This document shows positions 24,582 to 37,020 of a DNA stretch of 64,000 bases, piece by piece. Both the position numbers and the translations under genes were made by a program. Source of the stretch: Pristiophorus japonicus (lineage: Eukaryota); contig NC_091990.1 in the NCBI RefSeq assembly GCF_044704955.1, forward strand, positions 135,718,001-135,782,000. Direction: 5' to 3'. Each line of letters begins with the position of its first letter. The first letter of the stretch is position 1. The notes beneath the pieces are model-generated. The model did not search any database. It had not been told where the DNA came from and saw only the letters and a list, made by a program, of their open reading frames with translations.

Positions 24582-27500
24582 ATGATTTCAATGGCAAAGC
24601 CTTTTGAGCCAGAGACTGCTATGCCAGTTCATGGCCTATTGTGGCAATCCTCATCCTCTCAAATGAAGCCAGTGGGAACTATGCCTTTGGAAACATTGCC
24701 TTTGGACAAGAAGACTTTGGAAGATAAGTCCCTGGCACACATACCTTTAGAAGTCAACCCACCAAAAAACAAGTTCTGTGACTTTAGCCAAAAGGAAACA
24801 AAATCTTTGGAAGATCATATATTACGCTTACAGAACCTCTGTCGGATTTGTGGAGCTTCCTTTAACACCAACAGTTATGACATGAAATACCCGGTTAGTG
24901 GGCCTGTTGACGATGTCACACAAGAGGTCCTCAGGAAAATGGGATACGGAGACAGTTTTTGGCCAGAACTCATTCATAACACATTTAGGATAGATGTCAA
25001 GACAGATACAGAAGCCAGATATCCTACCCACTTCTGCTACAATTGCTGGCGGATTGTCATTCAGACAATCAACAACACAACTAATGAAGATGCATTCTTT
25101 CCTATCAGCACAATTGTTCAGTGGAAGCCACATTCCAATCTTTGCAGTATTTGCAACTTTTCAAATGGGACTCGCAAACGAAAGTGTCTCAAACGAAGTC
25201 CACCGGTCACAAAGAAGCCCAAAGTAACAGTTGATGCTCCCGGCAGGCCAAGAGTCACTAAAAGAAAAGATCAAATAAATAGTACAAGTATTTTATTGGC
25301 TAAAAAGATTGTCAACTGCAAGAAGATCCACCTAAGTTTGAAACTCCTTGTACTTGATTATCCCAATAACTTTATCCAGTCAGTGTCATGTCAGGTATGT
25401 GAGCACTTGCTGGCTGACCCTGTGCAATCACCATGCAAGCACCTTTTCTGCAGAACGTGTATTCTCAAATGTACTGCAGTCCTGGGCAAGTATTGTCCAG
25501 TTTGTAGGTTTCCTTTTGGCCCTACGGAGTTCATCAGCCCAGTTAAATCATTCATGAATGTTCTCAACTCACTAGTTGTAAAATGTCCAGTGACAGACTG
25601 TGAGGTGGAGGTGAGACTAGGTGAATATCCTAAGCATGCCCAAGATCACAAAGAAACGAGAATGAAGCATGCTTACTCACCAATAAACAAGGGTGGCCGT
25701 CCAAGGCAGCATTTGCTGTCTTTAACCCGAAGAGCTCAAAAACATCGTCTGCGAGATCTCAAACTGCATGTGAAGACTTTTGCAGACAAAGAAGAAGGTG
25801 GCGATGTAAAGTCAGTATGTCTTACTCTGTTTTTGCTGGCACTGAGAGCTGGAAATGAGCACAGGCAAGCAGATGAGCTGGAAGCTCTAATGCAGGGGCG
25901 AGGATCAGGACTGAAGCCAGCAGTCTGTCTTGCCATTAGAGTCAATACATTTCTGAGTTGCAGTCAGTACCATAAAATGTATAGGACGGTCAAAGCAACT
26001 ACTGGGAAGCAGATCTTCCAGCCATTGCATGCTCTCCGAAACACAGAGAAAACACTGTTGCCAGGTTATTATTCATTCGAATGGCAGCCTCCTCTAGCAA
26101 ATGTCTCTACAAGCATTGAAGTGGGAATAATAGATGGTATGAGTGGTTGCCCACAATGTGTTGATGATCACCCAATGGAGACAATTTCAAGACGATTTAG
26201 GTATGATGTGGCACTTGCTTCAGCTGTGAAGGATCTTGAGGACGATATTTTGGAAGGTTTAAAATGTCAAAAAATAGACGAGTTTGTGAGTGGACCATTT
26301 ACTGTAGTAATCAAGGAATCTTGCGATGGAATGGGGGATGTCAGTGAAAAACATGGATGTGGTCCATCAGTTCCAGAAAAGGCAGTGAGGTATTCCTTTA
26401 CAATCATGAGTGTAAGTGTGATGAATGAAAACAATGAAAAAGTGAAAGTATTCGAAGAGTTAAAGCCAAATTCTGAGTTGTGCTGCAAACCACTTTGCCT
26501 AATGCTAGCAGATGAATCTGACCACGAAACATTGACAGCAATACTGGGCCCAGTAATCACTGAAAGAGAAGCCATGAAGACTAGTGATTTAATCCTTGAA
26601 ATTGGAGATTTGCTCAGATCATTTCAGTTTATCTTTAGAGGCACAGGGTATGATGAGAAGTTTGTACGTGAAGTTGAGGGCCTTGAAGCCTCAGGCTCTA
26701 TCTATGTATGCACATTATGCGATGCCACTCGAAGTGAGGCTTCACAGAATTTGTTCCTTCATTCCATAACAAGGAGCCACGAAGAGAACTTAGAACGCTA
26801 TGAAATTTGGCGTTCAAATCCATATCATGAGTCGGCTGAAGAGTTACGTGATAGAGTGAAGGGGGTGTCGGCAAAACCATTTATTGAAACACAGCCCTCT
26901 ATAGATGCCTTGCATTGCGACATTGGAAATGCAACAGAATTCTACAAACTTTTCCAGGATGAGATTAGGGAACTGCACAAAAATCCCAATTCATCTAAGA
27001 AGGAAAGGAAAAGGTGGAATACAATGCTCGATAAACACTTAAGACAAAGGATAAACCTGAAACCTGTCATGAGGTTAAATGGAAACTTTGCAAGAAAACT
27101 GATGACCAAAGAGACTGTAGAAGCTGTATGTGAGTTGATTCCATCTGAAGAGAGGCGAGAAATTCTCAGGGAGTTAATGCACCTTTACGTTCTCATGAAA
27201 CCAGTGTGGCGTTCCACATTTCCAGCTAGAGAATGCCCAGACCTTCTCTGCCAGTACAGCTTTAATTCCCAGAGATTTGCAGAACTGCTTCGTACAAAGT
27301 TCAAGCACAGATATGAAGGGAAGATCACCAACTACCTGCATAAGACTTTGGCTCATGTCCCTGAGATCATTGAAAGAGATGGCTCGATTGGCGCTTGGGC
27401 AAGTGAAGGGAATGAATCAGGCAATAAGCTTTTTCGGCGTTTCAGGAAGATGAATGCAAGGCAGTCCAAAAGCTATGAGTTGGAAGACATTCTGAAGCAT

Positions 27501-27647
27501 CACTGGTTGTACACTTCAAAATATTTACAGAGGTTCATGGATGCACACAATGCATTGAAATATAAAAAGCATACATCTGTACCACCTGAAGTAATCAGCC
27601 AAGATAATACAATAGCTGAAGATGATTCCATTCAATTTTTAAGCTGA
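24582..27647 (+). CDS. RAG1: V(D)J recombination-activating protein 1
   Basis: CND (LCRICG), RING (CQVC..CKHLFC..CPVC), [14 protein letters not shown], catalytic [24 protein letters not shown]; 1021-aa open frame; true start codon uncertain. Confidence 0.98.
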   Translation: MISMAKPFEPETAMPVHGLLWQSSSSQMKPVGTMPLETLPLDKKTLEDKSLAHIPLEVNPPKNKFCDFSQKETKSLEDHILRLQNLCRICGASFNTNSYDMKYPVSGPVDDVTQEVLRKMGYGDSFWPELIHNTFRIDVKTDTEARYPTHFCYNCWRIVIQTINNTTNEDAFFPISTIVQWKPHSNLCSICNFSNGTRKRKCLKRSPPVTKKPKVTVDAPGRPRVTKRKDQINSTSILLAKKIVNCKKIHLSLKLLVLDYPNNFIQSVSCQVCEHLLADPVQSPCKHLFCRTCILKCTAVLGKYCPVCRFPFGPTEFISPVKSFMNVLNSLVVKCPVTDCEVEVRLGEYPKHAQDHKETRMKHAYSPINKGGRPRQHLLSLTRRAQKHRLRDLKLHVKTFADKEEGGDVKSVCLTLFLLALRAGNEHRQADELEALMQGRGSGLKPAVCLAIRVNTFLSCSQYHKMYRTVKATTGKQIFQPLHALRNTEKTLLPGYYSFEWQPPLANVSTSIEVGIIDGMSGCPQCVDDHPMETISRRFRYDVALASAVKDLEDDILEGLKCQKIDEFVSGPFTVVIKESCDGMGDVSEKHGCGPSVPEKAVRYSFTIMSVSVMNENNEKVKVFEELKPNSELCCKPLCLMLADESDHETLTAILGPVITEREAMKTSDLILEIGDLLRSFQFIFRGTGYDEKFVREVEGLEASGSIYVCTLCDATRSEASQNLFLHSITRSHEENLERYEIWRSNPYHESAEELRDRVKGVSAKPFIETQPSIDALHCDIGNATEFYKLFQDEIRELHKNPNSSKKERKRWNTMLDKHLRQRINLKPVMRLNGNFARKLMTKETVEAVCELIPSEERREILRELMHLYVLMKPVWRSTFPARECPDLLCQYSFNSQRFAELLRTKFKHRYEGKITNYLHKTLAHVPEIIERDGSIGAWASEGNESGNKLFRRFRKMNARQSKSYELEDILKHHWLYTSKYLQRFMDAHNALKYKKHTSVPPEVISQDNTIAEDDSIQFLS

Positions 27648-28769
27648 GTTATTGGAGCTGAAATTGGTTCTAAGTATCTTTAACCACAGGTGACTGTGAA
27701 CAGTCTGTACCATGTGGGCAATTGGGCTTATCATGGCCAAGTTTGGTGAGCAGAGTTGGCTTTGGTGAAAAAATCCCAAAAGGATTATCAAGAGAAAGTG
27801 GTCAGTGAAGTGTTGGACAGGCTCAGTTGGTAAATATATGTGCCATTTGCAGCCAAAATAGAAAGTCAGATAGTCACAGAAAGCGGGAATGTTGTTTAGA
27901 TTCTTTGCTTAGATGTGAAAGAAAAGTGGGCAAGTTAATAACATGTTAAATAACAGATCATTTTGTCAGATGAAGCAGTGGATAATATTTTCTGAATGCA
28001 GAATTCAAACATCCCAAAATCAGCAATGGCAGGTTTATTGTTGGAAGTGAAATGACGATGATTCTCGGTGCCTGTTGATTCACACCACTATATCAGTTGT
28101 GGTGCTTTGCTGTGTTTTTCTGTATTCTTATCCAGCTATTTATTGATTTGTTTTGGCAAATAATGTAAAAATGCCTAATATTAAACTTATTTGAGATTAT
28201 TTTTACATGGCAATGGAAGAGAAATGGGTGCAACTGGTTACTGTGCAGTTTCACAGAAATAAGTTTCTTTTAAGCCATTTGGAATATGTCACTATGCCCC
28301 ATGTCATTAATTAATTTGTTTTGATTTGTTTAGAGTTACTAGTGTATCACCCATGGTGCTAATTAAGCCAGGACAGAAGATTTACTGTTTTATAAGGGCA
28401 TTTATTGAAAGCTGAGATGTACTTTAATTTGTAGTTTTCAACAGAGACACAATAAAGGCCTGGCAACATATACCACTTGCTTCATGGGAGAAGTGACAAA
28501 GACATTTTAAAACTTTGGAAAGCTGTGATTTATTTTCCAACTTCAAAATACAAAATCAAATCAAAAGTTGCAATGTCACAGGGATCACCTTCTCAAGGGA
28601 AATTAGGGATGGGCAATAAATGCTGGCCATATCAGCGACGCCAACATCCCATGAATTAATGAAAAAAATGAATAGCATTATTCCAAAATTTGATTATGGC
28701 TCAGAAACCACACCACAAATGCATAATTTACTTGCATGGATTGTTTTCCCATGCCAGTGCCTAACTTTG

Positions 28770-30830
28770 TGTTGTGTATCTGTAAAGCATGCACTCCCAT
28801 GTTTCTCTGGAAGATCGCTGCAGCTGACTGAATTCCAAACGGGCATCTGTTGCAGATGAACAGTTACTTGTGCGTGTTGATGCAGCTGAGGCCCTTCAAA
28901 GACTCCTCCAGCTCCTGCGTCATGTCGGCCGAAGTCAGGTCGAGCTTGGTGAACGTCTTGCCTCCTGCCAGCGTCGCAAATAGGTCGTCTGCCTTAGGTA
29001 GCGGGTATTGGTCCTGTAGCGAGAAATGATTAATAGTTACTTTATAATCGCCGCAAATCCTGACCGTGCCATCACTTTTGAGTACTGGAACAATCGGGCT
29101 GGCCCACTCGCTGAATTCCACTGGGGAGATGATGCCCTCGCGTTGCAGCCTGTCCAGCTCGATTTCCACTCTCTCCCTCATCATGTGAGGTACCGCTCGC
29201 GCCTTGTGGTGAATGGGTCATGCCTCTGGGACCTTCGCCCCGGAAAAGTTTCCAATGCCTGGCTCAAAAAGGGAAGGAAATTTGTTAAGAACCTGGGTAC
29301 ATGAGGCCTCATCGACATTTGATAGCGCTTGGATGTCATCCCAGTTCCAGCAGACTTTGCCCTGCCAGCTCCTTCCAAGCAGTGTGGGGCCATCGCCCGG
29401 GACAATCCAGAGTGGCAGTTCGTGCACCGTGCTTTCGTAGGTGACCTTGACCATAGCGCTACCCAGGACAGTGATAAGCTCTTTGGTGTACGTTCTCAGT
29501 TTCGTATGGATGGGGCTCAGGGCTGGTCTGAGTGCCTTGTTGCACCACAGTCTCTCAAACATCTTTTTACTCATGGTGGATTGGCTAGTGCCAGTGTCCA
29601 GTACCATGGCTACGAGTAAGCCATTCAATTTTACGTTTAGCATTATAGGTGGACATTTCGTCAAAAATGTGTGCACCCCATGTACTTCAGCATCTGCCTC
29701 CTCTCTCTGAGGCTCGAAATTGCTTTGATCTACCATGGACCGATCTTCCTCTGCCACGTGGTGGTTAGCAGGTTTTGCAGAGCTTGCAGCTCGTCTGCAA
29801 GCTCGTTGGAGGTGCCCCATTGTTCCACAGCTCTTGCAAACATACCCTTTGAAGCGGCATGAATAGGCTGAATGGAAGTCTCCACAACGCCAACAAGGTG
29901 TGAATTGCCTTGCATTCATCCTTTGTTGCGGACTATGAGTCATCTGGGTCACCTGAGGCCTGCTGACAGTTGCAGACTCGTGGTTTCTGCCCTGTACATT
30001 TCTGCTCACAAACACAGTTCCAGTTAATTTATGAACATTGCTAGCACTTGTATGCTGAGAGATTTGTTTGGTGTTATCACTGGTGGACATAAACACCTGT
30101 GCTATCGCAATGGCCTTACTGAGGATCGGTGTCACTACAGTCAAAAGTTTTCGTAGGATGGTCTCGTGGCCAATGCCCAGTACAAAAAAGTCTCTGAGCA
30201 TTTGCTCCAGGTAGCCATCAAACTCACATTGTCTCGCAAGTCGCCTTAGCTCGGCGACGTAGCTCGCCACTTCCTGACCTTCAGATCGCTGGTACGTGTA
30301 GAATCGATACCTCGCCATCAGCACGCTCTCCCTCGGGTTAAGATGCTTCCGAACCAGAGTACACAGCTCCTTATAGGACTTATCTGTGGGTTTCACCGGA
30401 GCCAGAAGATTCTTCATGAGGCTGTAGGTCGGTGCTCCGCAGACTGTGAGGAGGACCGCTCTCCTTTTTGCAGCGCTTCCTTCTCCGACCAGCTCGTTGG
30501 CTACAAAGTACTGGTCTAGCCATTCGACATAGGCTTCCCAGTCCTCACCCTCCGAGAACTTCTCCAGGATGCCCACAGTTTGCTGCATCTTTGCGTTGGA
30601 TTCGTATACTCGAAACCAGTTATTGTGTTTCTAACACAGATGAGACTGCACACAGGGAGGTTAAAGTAACAGTGACCTCAGTCTTTATTAAGAAACTCCA
30701 GAGTGAGGAACAGGCCTTAGGGACGGCTTATATACAGTGCTCCCAAGGGATGCCGAGATCCTTTAGGACTTCAGGGGATGCGCTCCCTGGTGGCGGAACA
30801 TGGGAGTGCATGCTTTACAGATACACAACA
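28770..30830 (-). mobile_element. Truncated Gypsy element (5' LTR 30830-30621, gag, protease, partial RT) ending in an inverted 34-bp copy of the LTR start
   Basis: ORF 29218..30588 gag/protease; TGTTGTGTATCTGTAAAGCATGCACTCCCATGTT at 28770 is the inverse of 30797-30830; flanks CTTTG/CTTGG. Confidence 0.9.
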
Positions 30831-31662
30831 CTTGGCTTTGTTCTATCCAAAGGAAAATATTAAAATACGAGGCCCAAATTGAATGGACCGTTATTGAGTC
30901 TATTTTTAATCACATGTTGCAAAGTAGAATCAGCAAGTAGCTTTCACTTTCACAATAAGCTGTTGCAACTGCTGCTGCCATTCAGTGTTCAACAGTAGTA
31001 CGATATTGGCAACACAAAGATGGTAAAGGACTCTTACAAGCAATGTGTATGCAAGCTAAATGTGTCTGTTGACAGACAAAAGGAAGTAAGATTAATGAAG
31101 TACCAAATTTACATTAGTGCATGTCAGCATGGGAGATTTTAATTCCACTTAACTCAAGTATAAGTAATACTACTATAGGACGGGGCCAAATGATTGGCTT
31201 TTTTTAAAAGATTGCAAAAGAGCTTGCATTTAGAATAAAGGCAATCCTTAATTTTGTGAAAAAGTAATAGACTTTCATACATTCTTGGCCATTTTTATTA
31301 GTCATATATGGAACTCAAATCAGTTTTGCAAAATTGTTTACTTCCAATATTATAGTGCTTATAAAGGTTCACAGGGCTTGGATGCTATCACATTGTAATA
31401 TTGAATTTTATTGTAACCTATTGCATTTTCAATATTTTACCTGCATATGAAACAAATTGTAATATTAAAAAAACTTAGTGCTTTTAATGAACCAGGCCAA
31501 AACCAGTTTGCAACATTGTTGAGATTTGTATTTAATCATTATGGACTTTATTTGCTTAAAGGTTACACCAAGATGTTAAATAGCCAATTGCATTAGTTTG
31601 CATTGTGATAATTATGCTTATTGCAAATGTGTTTTGTCAACTTTAGTTCTGCTTTAAAAAAA

Positions 31663-31668
31663 AATAAA
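31663..31668 (+). terminator. Candidate RAG1 polyadenylation signal (alternative near 28451)
   Basis: AATAAA at the end of an AT-rich 3'-UTR-like tract, followed by GT-rich sequence. Confidence 0.35.
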
Positions 31669-33089
31669 GATTTAAAGCTTTTAAACATTTGGTTGTGTGC
31701 AATTTATAATTTACAACTTTCTAGTTGTTTTTATTCAGTTTTATTACAATTTACCTGTTGACTAAATTGTCAGGTGTGGCCAACATTTCATTCTTCATGG
31801 CTGAGAAATTTGACTTCCGTCTAAAACCGATGATTGGTCCGGCGTGTGGCCTGTACCAAATTTGGGATTGGGCCTGATTTAAATGCTACTGGCCTGCTGC
31901 AAGCAGCAGACAGACCCCCTGTTACAGCTCGCTGAATCTGGTCGGGCAGGAATCAGTCGGATCCTACACTGACCCAGCAGCCGGCTTTGGGAAAGGAAGC
32001 AAGGGGGAAGAGGGAGCCTTGAACAGGCCAGTGTTTTTCTATGGATCCAGGAGGAGCACTCTTGCTTCTCCTGGGCCCCAAAAGACAAAAACTCAAAATT
32101 TCCATTGCCAGTTTTCGAGCAGCCACCAGCGATCTCTTTAAGGACCACAGGTTATGCGGCTCAATGCCTGGTACATCTAGGTGAAGCGTGCATGACACAT
32201 GCTCTGCTCATTTGTTGCTGAACTTTGCAGTTGGGGTCCTAGCACCAGCGTAGAGCAGGTGTGCAGCAGAGCAGGTCTCCAGTCGTCCTGGTTCAACCCT
32301 TGTCACTGGATAAAGGCCTAGCTCCGTCGAGCCCGTGTGGTGGCTGATATGTAACGGTCACCACATGTTAAAAAAATCCACGCACAGGCATCTTCCACCC
32401 CCTCAATTGGAGTTCAGGACTGGAACATTGGGTCCTTCATTGAAATATCTGTGAACTCTTGTGGAAGCAAGTCATCCTCGTTCGAGGGACCGCCTATGAT
32501 ATGATGGGGATCCCTATTTGCATATTTACGTAGCTTTACAACTGTTGCAAGGGTGTGGGCTGCTCGCCCATTCAAAGGCCCACTTGAATATTGCATCAGG
32601 CGGGCCTCGGACGTCTAATGTAACAAAAAAACAGATTATCTGGTCATTATCTCATTGCTGTTTGTGGGAGCTTGCTTGTGCGCAAATTGGCTGCCCCATT
32701 TCCTACATTACAACAGTGAATGTACTTCAAAAAGTACTTCATTGGCTGTAAAGCGCTTTGGGACATCCAGTGGTCGTGAAAGGTGCTATATAAATGCAAG
32801 TCTTTCTTTCTTTAAGGGGCAACCAAGGTGCCCCCTTCCACCACTACCGATTAACTGCTGACTATACATGTTTTACAGCACAAAATGGGCAACCATGAGT
32901 TGATTTTCTCACCTCATGTTTTAGCATAATTAGTCAGTTTTCCTCTTAGCTACCTGGGTTCACAATAAGTTTGGCATGTTCATGTAAAAACAATTAAAGA
33001 TCAGTGATGGTCAGAGTTTCATAACTAGAGGGTACAATACACTAATATTCCGATACAAAATAGTTACTTTTCTTTTCTCTCCTAAAGCT

Positions 33090-33780
33090 ATTGGGACAGA
33101 TTTTGCTGAAAATATAATGGCATGTGAACAACGCATGCCGTTATTAATGCTCAAACCGGCCAGCAACTTGTAGCGAGGAAGAAATACCCCCTGAATTGCG
33201 AATCGCCACAAGTTTTTGGACGATTTGCACTGTTCTGCCGCTAGCTTCGCATATCATGGTTAACCTCCCAGTGATTTTTATGAGGTTGCTGCAGTTGCAC
33301 ATTAATTGCCCATTAAGCGCATTACAGAAAGTTAAGTCTAGTAATTAACAGCATAGGCATCCTTTTAACAATGTAATAATTTTTAATGACTGCCAATCAA
33401 CCTTTCTGGCCCAGAAAGTAAACAATTATAAGTGTGGAATCTTATCCCTTCTGGTTGTGAATTAGTTTAGGAGTTTCTAAAAATGTCAAATTTAAAGTTT
33501 TTATCTTACTTTTCCTTTCTGTCTCTTTTTTTCTCTCTCTTTTAATTCAATCTTTCTTTCCCTCTTTCTGTACCTGATTTAACATTGAATTCACCCATTC
33601 TAATTCACCCTCCTTCTCAATCCTTCCTGTTTATTTCTCAATCTGACAAGGTCCTAGATGCCCTGTTGCCCTCGCCATGTCGTTACCAGCTCGCACTTCC
33701 AGCAACTTGGTACGCAAATTTTTTAAAAACCTAACTGTGCACGAACAAGTCTAACTAACGGGGCATGCCACGAGATGGCC
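33090..33780. repeat. Unclassified interspersed repeat; inverted relative at about 57750-58380
   Basis: Shared blocks such as TTTCTGTACCTGATTT and AGATGCCCTGTTGCCCTC. Confidence 0.55.
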
Positions 33781-35699
33781 CATTAACTTCTTGTTGGGAT
33801 ATGGCCCACAGCACAGGCCACTTCAGTATTCTGTGGAATATCATAATTTAAGTGTGAGCCTAAACTGTGAGTGTGGGCAAGTTATTCAACTTTAGAAATA
33901 AGGGGAGCTAGCATCAGAGGCAAGCCCGATCCTATCCTTACCTCATAGGGATAATTTTAGAACTTATTACTTCTGCTTTCGAACCTCATGTGCTGGGAGT
34001 GCATATCAAAAATTTGGGTGCACACTGTGCATGATTTTTGATCATTTAGACTAGTGATCAGAGCAACTTGCTCAATCAGAAAATAATGCCTTACATTCAC
34101 AACGCGGACTCCCAGCAGGAACAGTGGCCACATTTCCTCTCCCTAACTCATAAGAACAGAAGTGGAGCTGAGTCCATGATCACATCAGCCATGATCTTGA
34201 GGGGTCAAATGGTCTACTCCTGCTCCTATTTCTTATGTTCTTATGTAGAAGCAAAGTGTCGATCTCCTATATCCTGGCACAGACTGAGGATTGAACCTGA
34301 GATCTTCCTAGTCAGTATGGCTCTAGCTGTTCACTGGAAAAATATGATGAGTTATTGGCGGTGGATTGCATAATAAGTTGCAGATTTGCTCCTATGGGGG
34401 TAAAATTTGTCTTGGGCAGAAGCGCAAAACAGGCGACAGTGACTCTACAGCCTGTTTTACAATTGGTTCGATTTTCGTTTCCAATTGAAAAGTTAATCGG
34501 GTGGTGTGTAAAACTGGTTAGCAAGTCACTGTCGCTTTTTTTGCATTACTCCCCAAGATGAATTTCACCGCTAATGACTTTCGACACATCTAATTCCCAA
34601 TTTCAGTTGGAAAATCAGGGGGAGACACCAAGAAGAATCTAGGACCTTTGCTGCAGTGAGGTTGGAACATCGAGAGGGCATTTTCATTCTGAGCAACTGA
34701 TTGAGTAATAGTGGCATTGTCCTGGGAATAGGCCACCTGCCTCCTATTTTCCAGATAATAGTGCAGGGGATTTAAAAGAGGGAAGAAAACAACTTTAAAA
34801 GGGAGGTAAAAAATATTTTAGGATGAAAAGCGGGTTCTAGCTAGCCAAGTATTGAATGAAGTAACTTTCATAAAATGAAAGTACTAAAGTACTAAAAAGT
34901 AGCATTATTTTCTATTTGTGCAAAGCCAATTGGATCCACATTACTAAAGCAATATAAAAAAAAAATCTATCTTAAAGATGCAACTGAATTCTAAGTGGTT
35001 CAGATAAGTATTTTCATCTGTAGTTTAGATTGCGTTAGTCTATTACAGTTGCATTCGATGTTAACCTAAGGCACAGCTGGCAGCTTGTCGTTATTGTGAT
35101 ACTTCTGTGTGGGTAAGCATTTACTGCATGCTGTTCGACCACAAGCAAAATGTATTTGGACAGAGGTTCTGTATGGGGGGAGCTGTGCACTGGTCTAGGA
35201 TATGTTTTTTTAATGTCTGTAGCATTGGGCTTATGTCTGTTTGAGGACCAAGTGACGACGATCACCTCAGCTACAAAGCTGCAAGCGGCCACAGTTGAAA
35301 TGAGTTTCTGTCAATCTTTCATTCTATCTCTCAGCAGGAACAATGGCTTGACTTGTACCCACAATACACAGCAAAACCACAGAGTCAGTGAGCATATGTT
35401 CAGTGTTCCGAATGATCTCAGTTTGAGCAGTCTTGGTGACATGGCTGAAACTCTCGGCTCACACAATATAATGCAGTGTGCCATTGTCTGCCATAAAATG
35501 GTGCCTCCTATCTTTCATAATCAAAACAATGAGGGTAGAGATGGTAAACTTTAAAGCAGTTAATTGTTAGTGATTTTTCTCTCTCTCTGAATATAGGAAA
35601 ACAATAAAGAGTAAAGGACCAGTCAGTCCACCCAGCTCATTTAAACTGCAAAGTCCGTACTCTTGATTTGTGTTCCACAGACACAAGTTTATCATTGCT

Positions 35700-36030
35700 T
35701 GCCTATCAGCCAGGAGGTCATGGGCTCAAGCCCCACTCCAGAGACTTCAGCATATAATTTCGGCTCACACTTCAGCACTGAGGGAATGCTGCACTGTTGG
35801 AGGTTTTGTCTTTCAGGTGAGATGTTAAACCAAGGCTCCAGTGACCCTCTTAGATCGATCTAAAGAACCCGTGGTCCTATTCAAAGAGGAGCGGGTGGGG
35901 GGGGGGGGGGGTGTTTCTCCTTAACCAACATCACTGAAACAAATTCGCTGCTCATTTATCTCATTGATACTTGTGGGAACTTTCTGTTTGCAATTTGGCT
36001 GTTTTGTTTGCCTACATTAAAACAGTGATT
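35700..36030 (+). mobile_element. tRNA-derived SINE, degenerate
   Basis: B-box-like GGCTCAAGCCCCACTCCAGAGAC matching the copy at 63800-64000. Confidence 0.6.
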
Positions 36031-36639
36031 ACAGGGATCATTTTTAGCTTTATCGTGTAGGCGCTAACCTGGCAAAAGGGATCGGGTGGGTGATCTGCTC
36101 CATCCGGTTACTGCCCAGGCAACAAAGTTGAAAATAACCTCCCTACACTTTCAGACGTCTTAAGGAGCTATAAAAAGCCAACTTTGTTATTATCTTTATT
36201 ATTTTTTATAACTGAGTGTAGGAAAATTGTTTGTTCTCATTATGAGAATTGTATACTGCTAATAAAGTATTTTATGTAAAATAAACTGGTTCTTGGTTTG
36301 ATGCTGTGTCTGTTTCAATAGAGTACCAAGCCCATGTGGTGGCTGGTGTGCAACGGCCACCACGCGTTAAAAAAATTGACGCACAGGCATCTTCCACCCT
36401 TCAACATGTAGTTCGGGACCTGGAATGTTAGGTCCTTCATTGAAATACCTGTGAACTCATCCCTTTTTGGCGTGGAAGCAAGTCATCCTCGATACGAGGA
36501 ACCGCCTATGATGGATGATGATAAGAGTGCTTTGCAGTCCACCTTCCACAGAGAAAAATATGTAGAGGCATGTGCATTGTTTCAGTCGGTGGTATAAGGA
36601 GCAAGGGTTCTCAACAACAACAACAACAACAACATCGTT

Positions 36640-37020
36640 AAACTTCCCAAGGCACTTCACAGTGGCGCTTTCAAACAAAATTTGACATCAAGCCACATAA
36701 AGAGACATTAGGACAGGTGACCAAAAGCTTGGCAGAGTAGTTTAGGGAGGGGATTCCAGAACATATGTCCGAGGCAGCTGAAAGCAGGCCGCCATTGGTG
36801 GAGTGATTAAATCGGGGTGCACAAAAGGCCAGAATTGGAGCAGAGATCTTGAGGTTGGGGGAGGGGGACTGTGTAGGGCTGGAGGAGCTTATGGAAATAG
36901 GGAGGGGCGAGACCATGAAAACAAGGATGAGAATTTTAAAATTGAGGAGTTGTCGGACTGGGAGCCAAGGTAGGTCAGCGAGCACAGGGGTGATGTGTGA
37001 ATGGGACTTAGGATATGGGC
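36640..37020 (-). mobile_element. L2-type LINE 3' fragment
   Basis: HITPVLADLPWLPVRQ..FKILILVF. Confidence 0.7.

Noticed and set aside
24582-27647. Mobile RAG-like (ProtoRAG/Transib) transposon
   Set aside because: Has jawed-vertebrate features (R848-equivalent Arg, RAG2 hinge and PHD), no TIRs, and normal locus context
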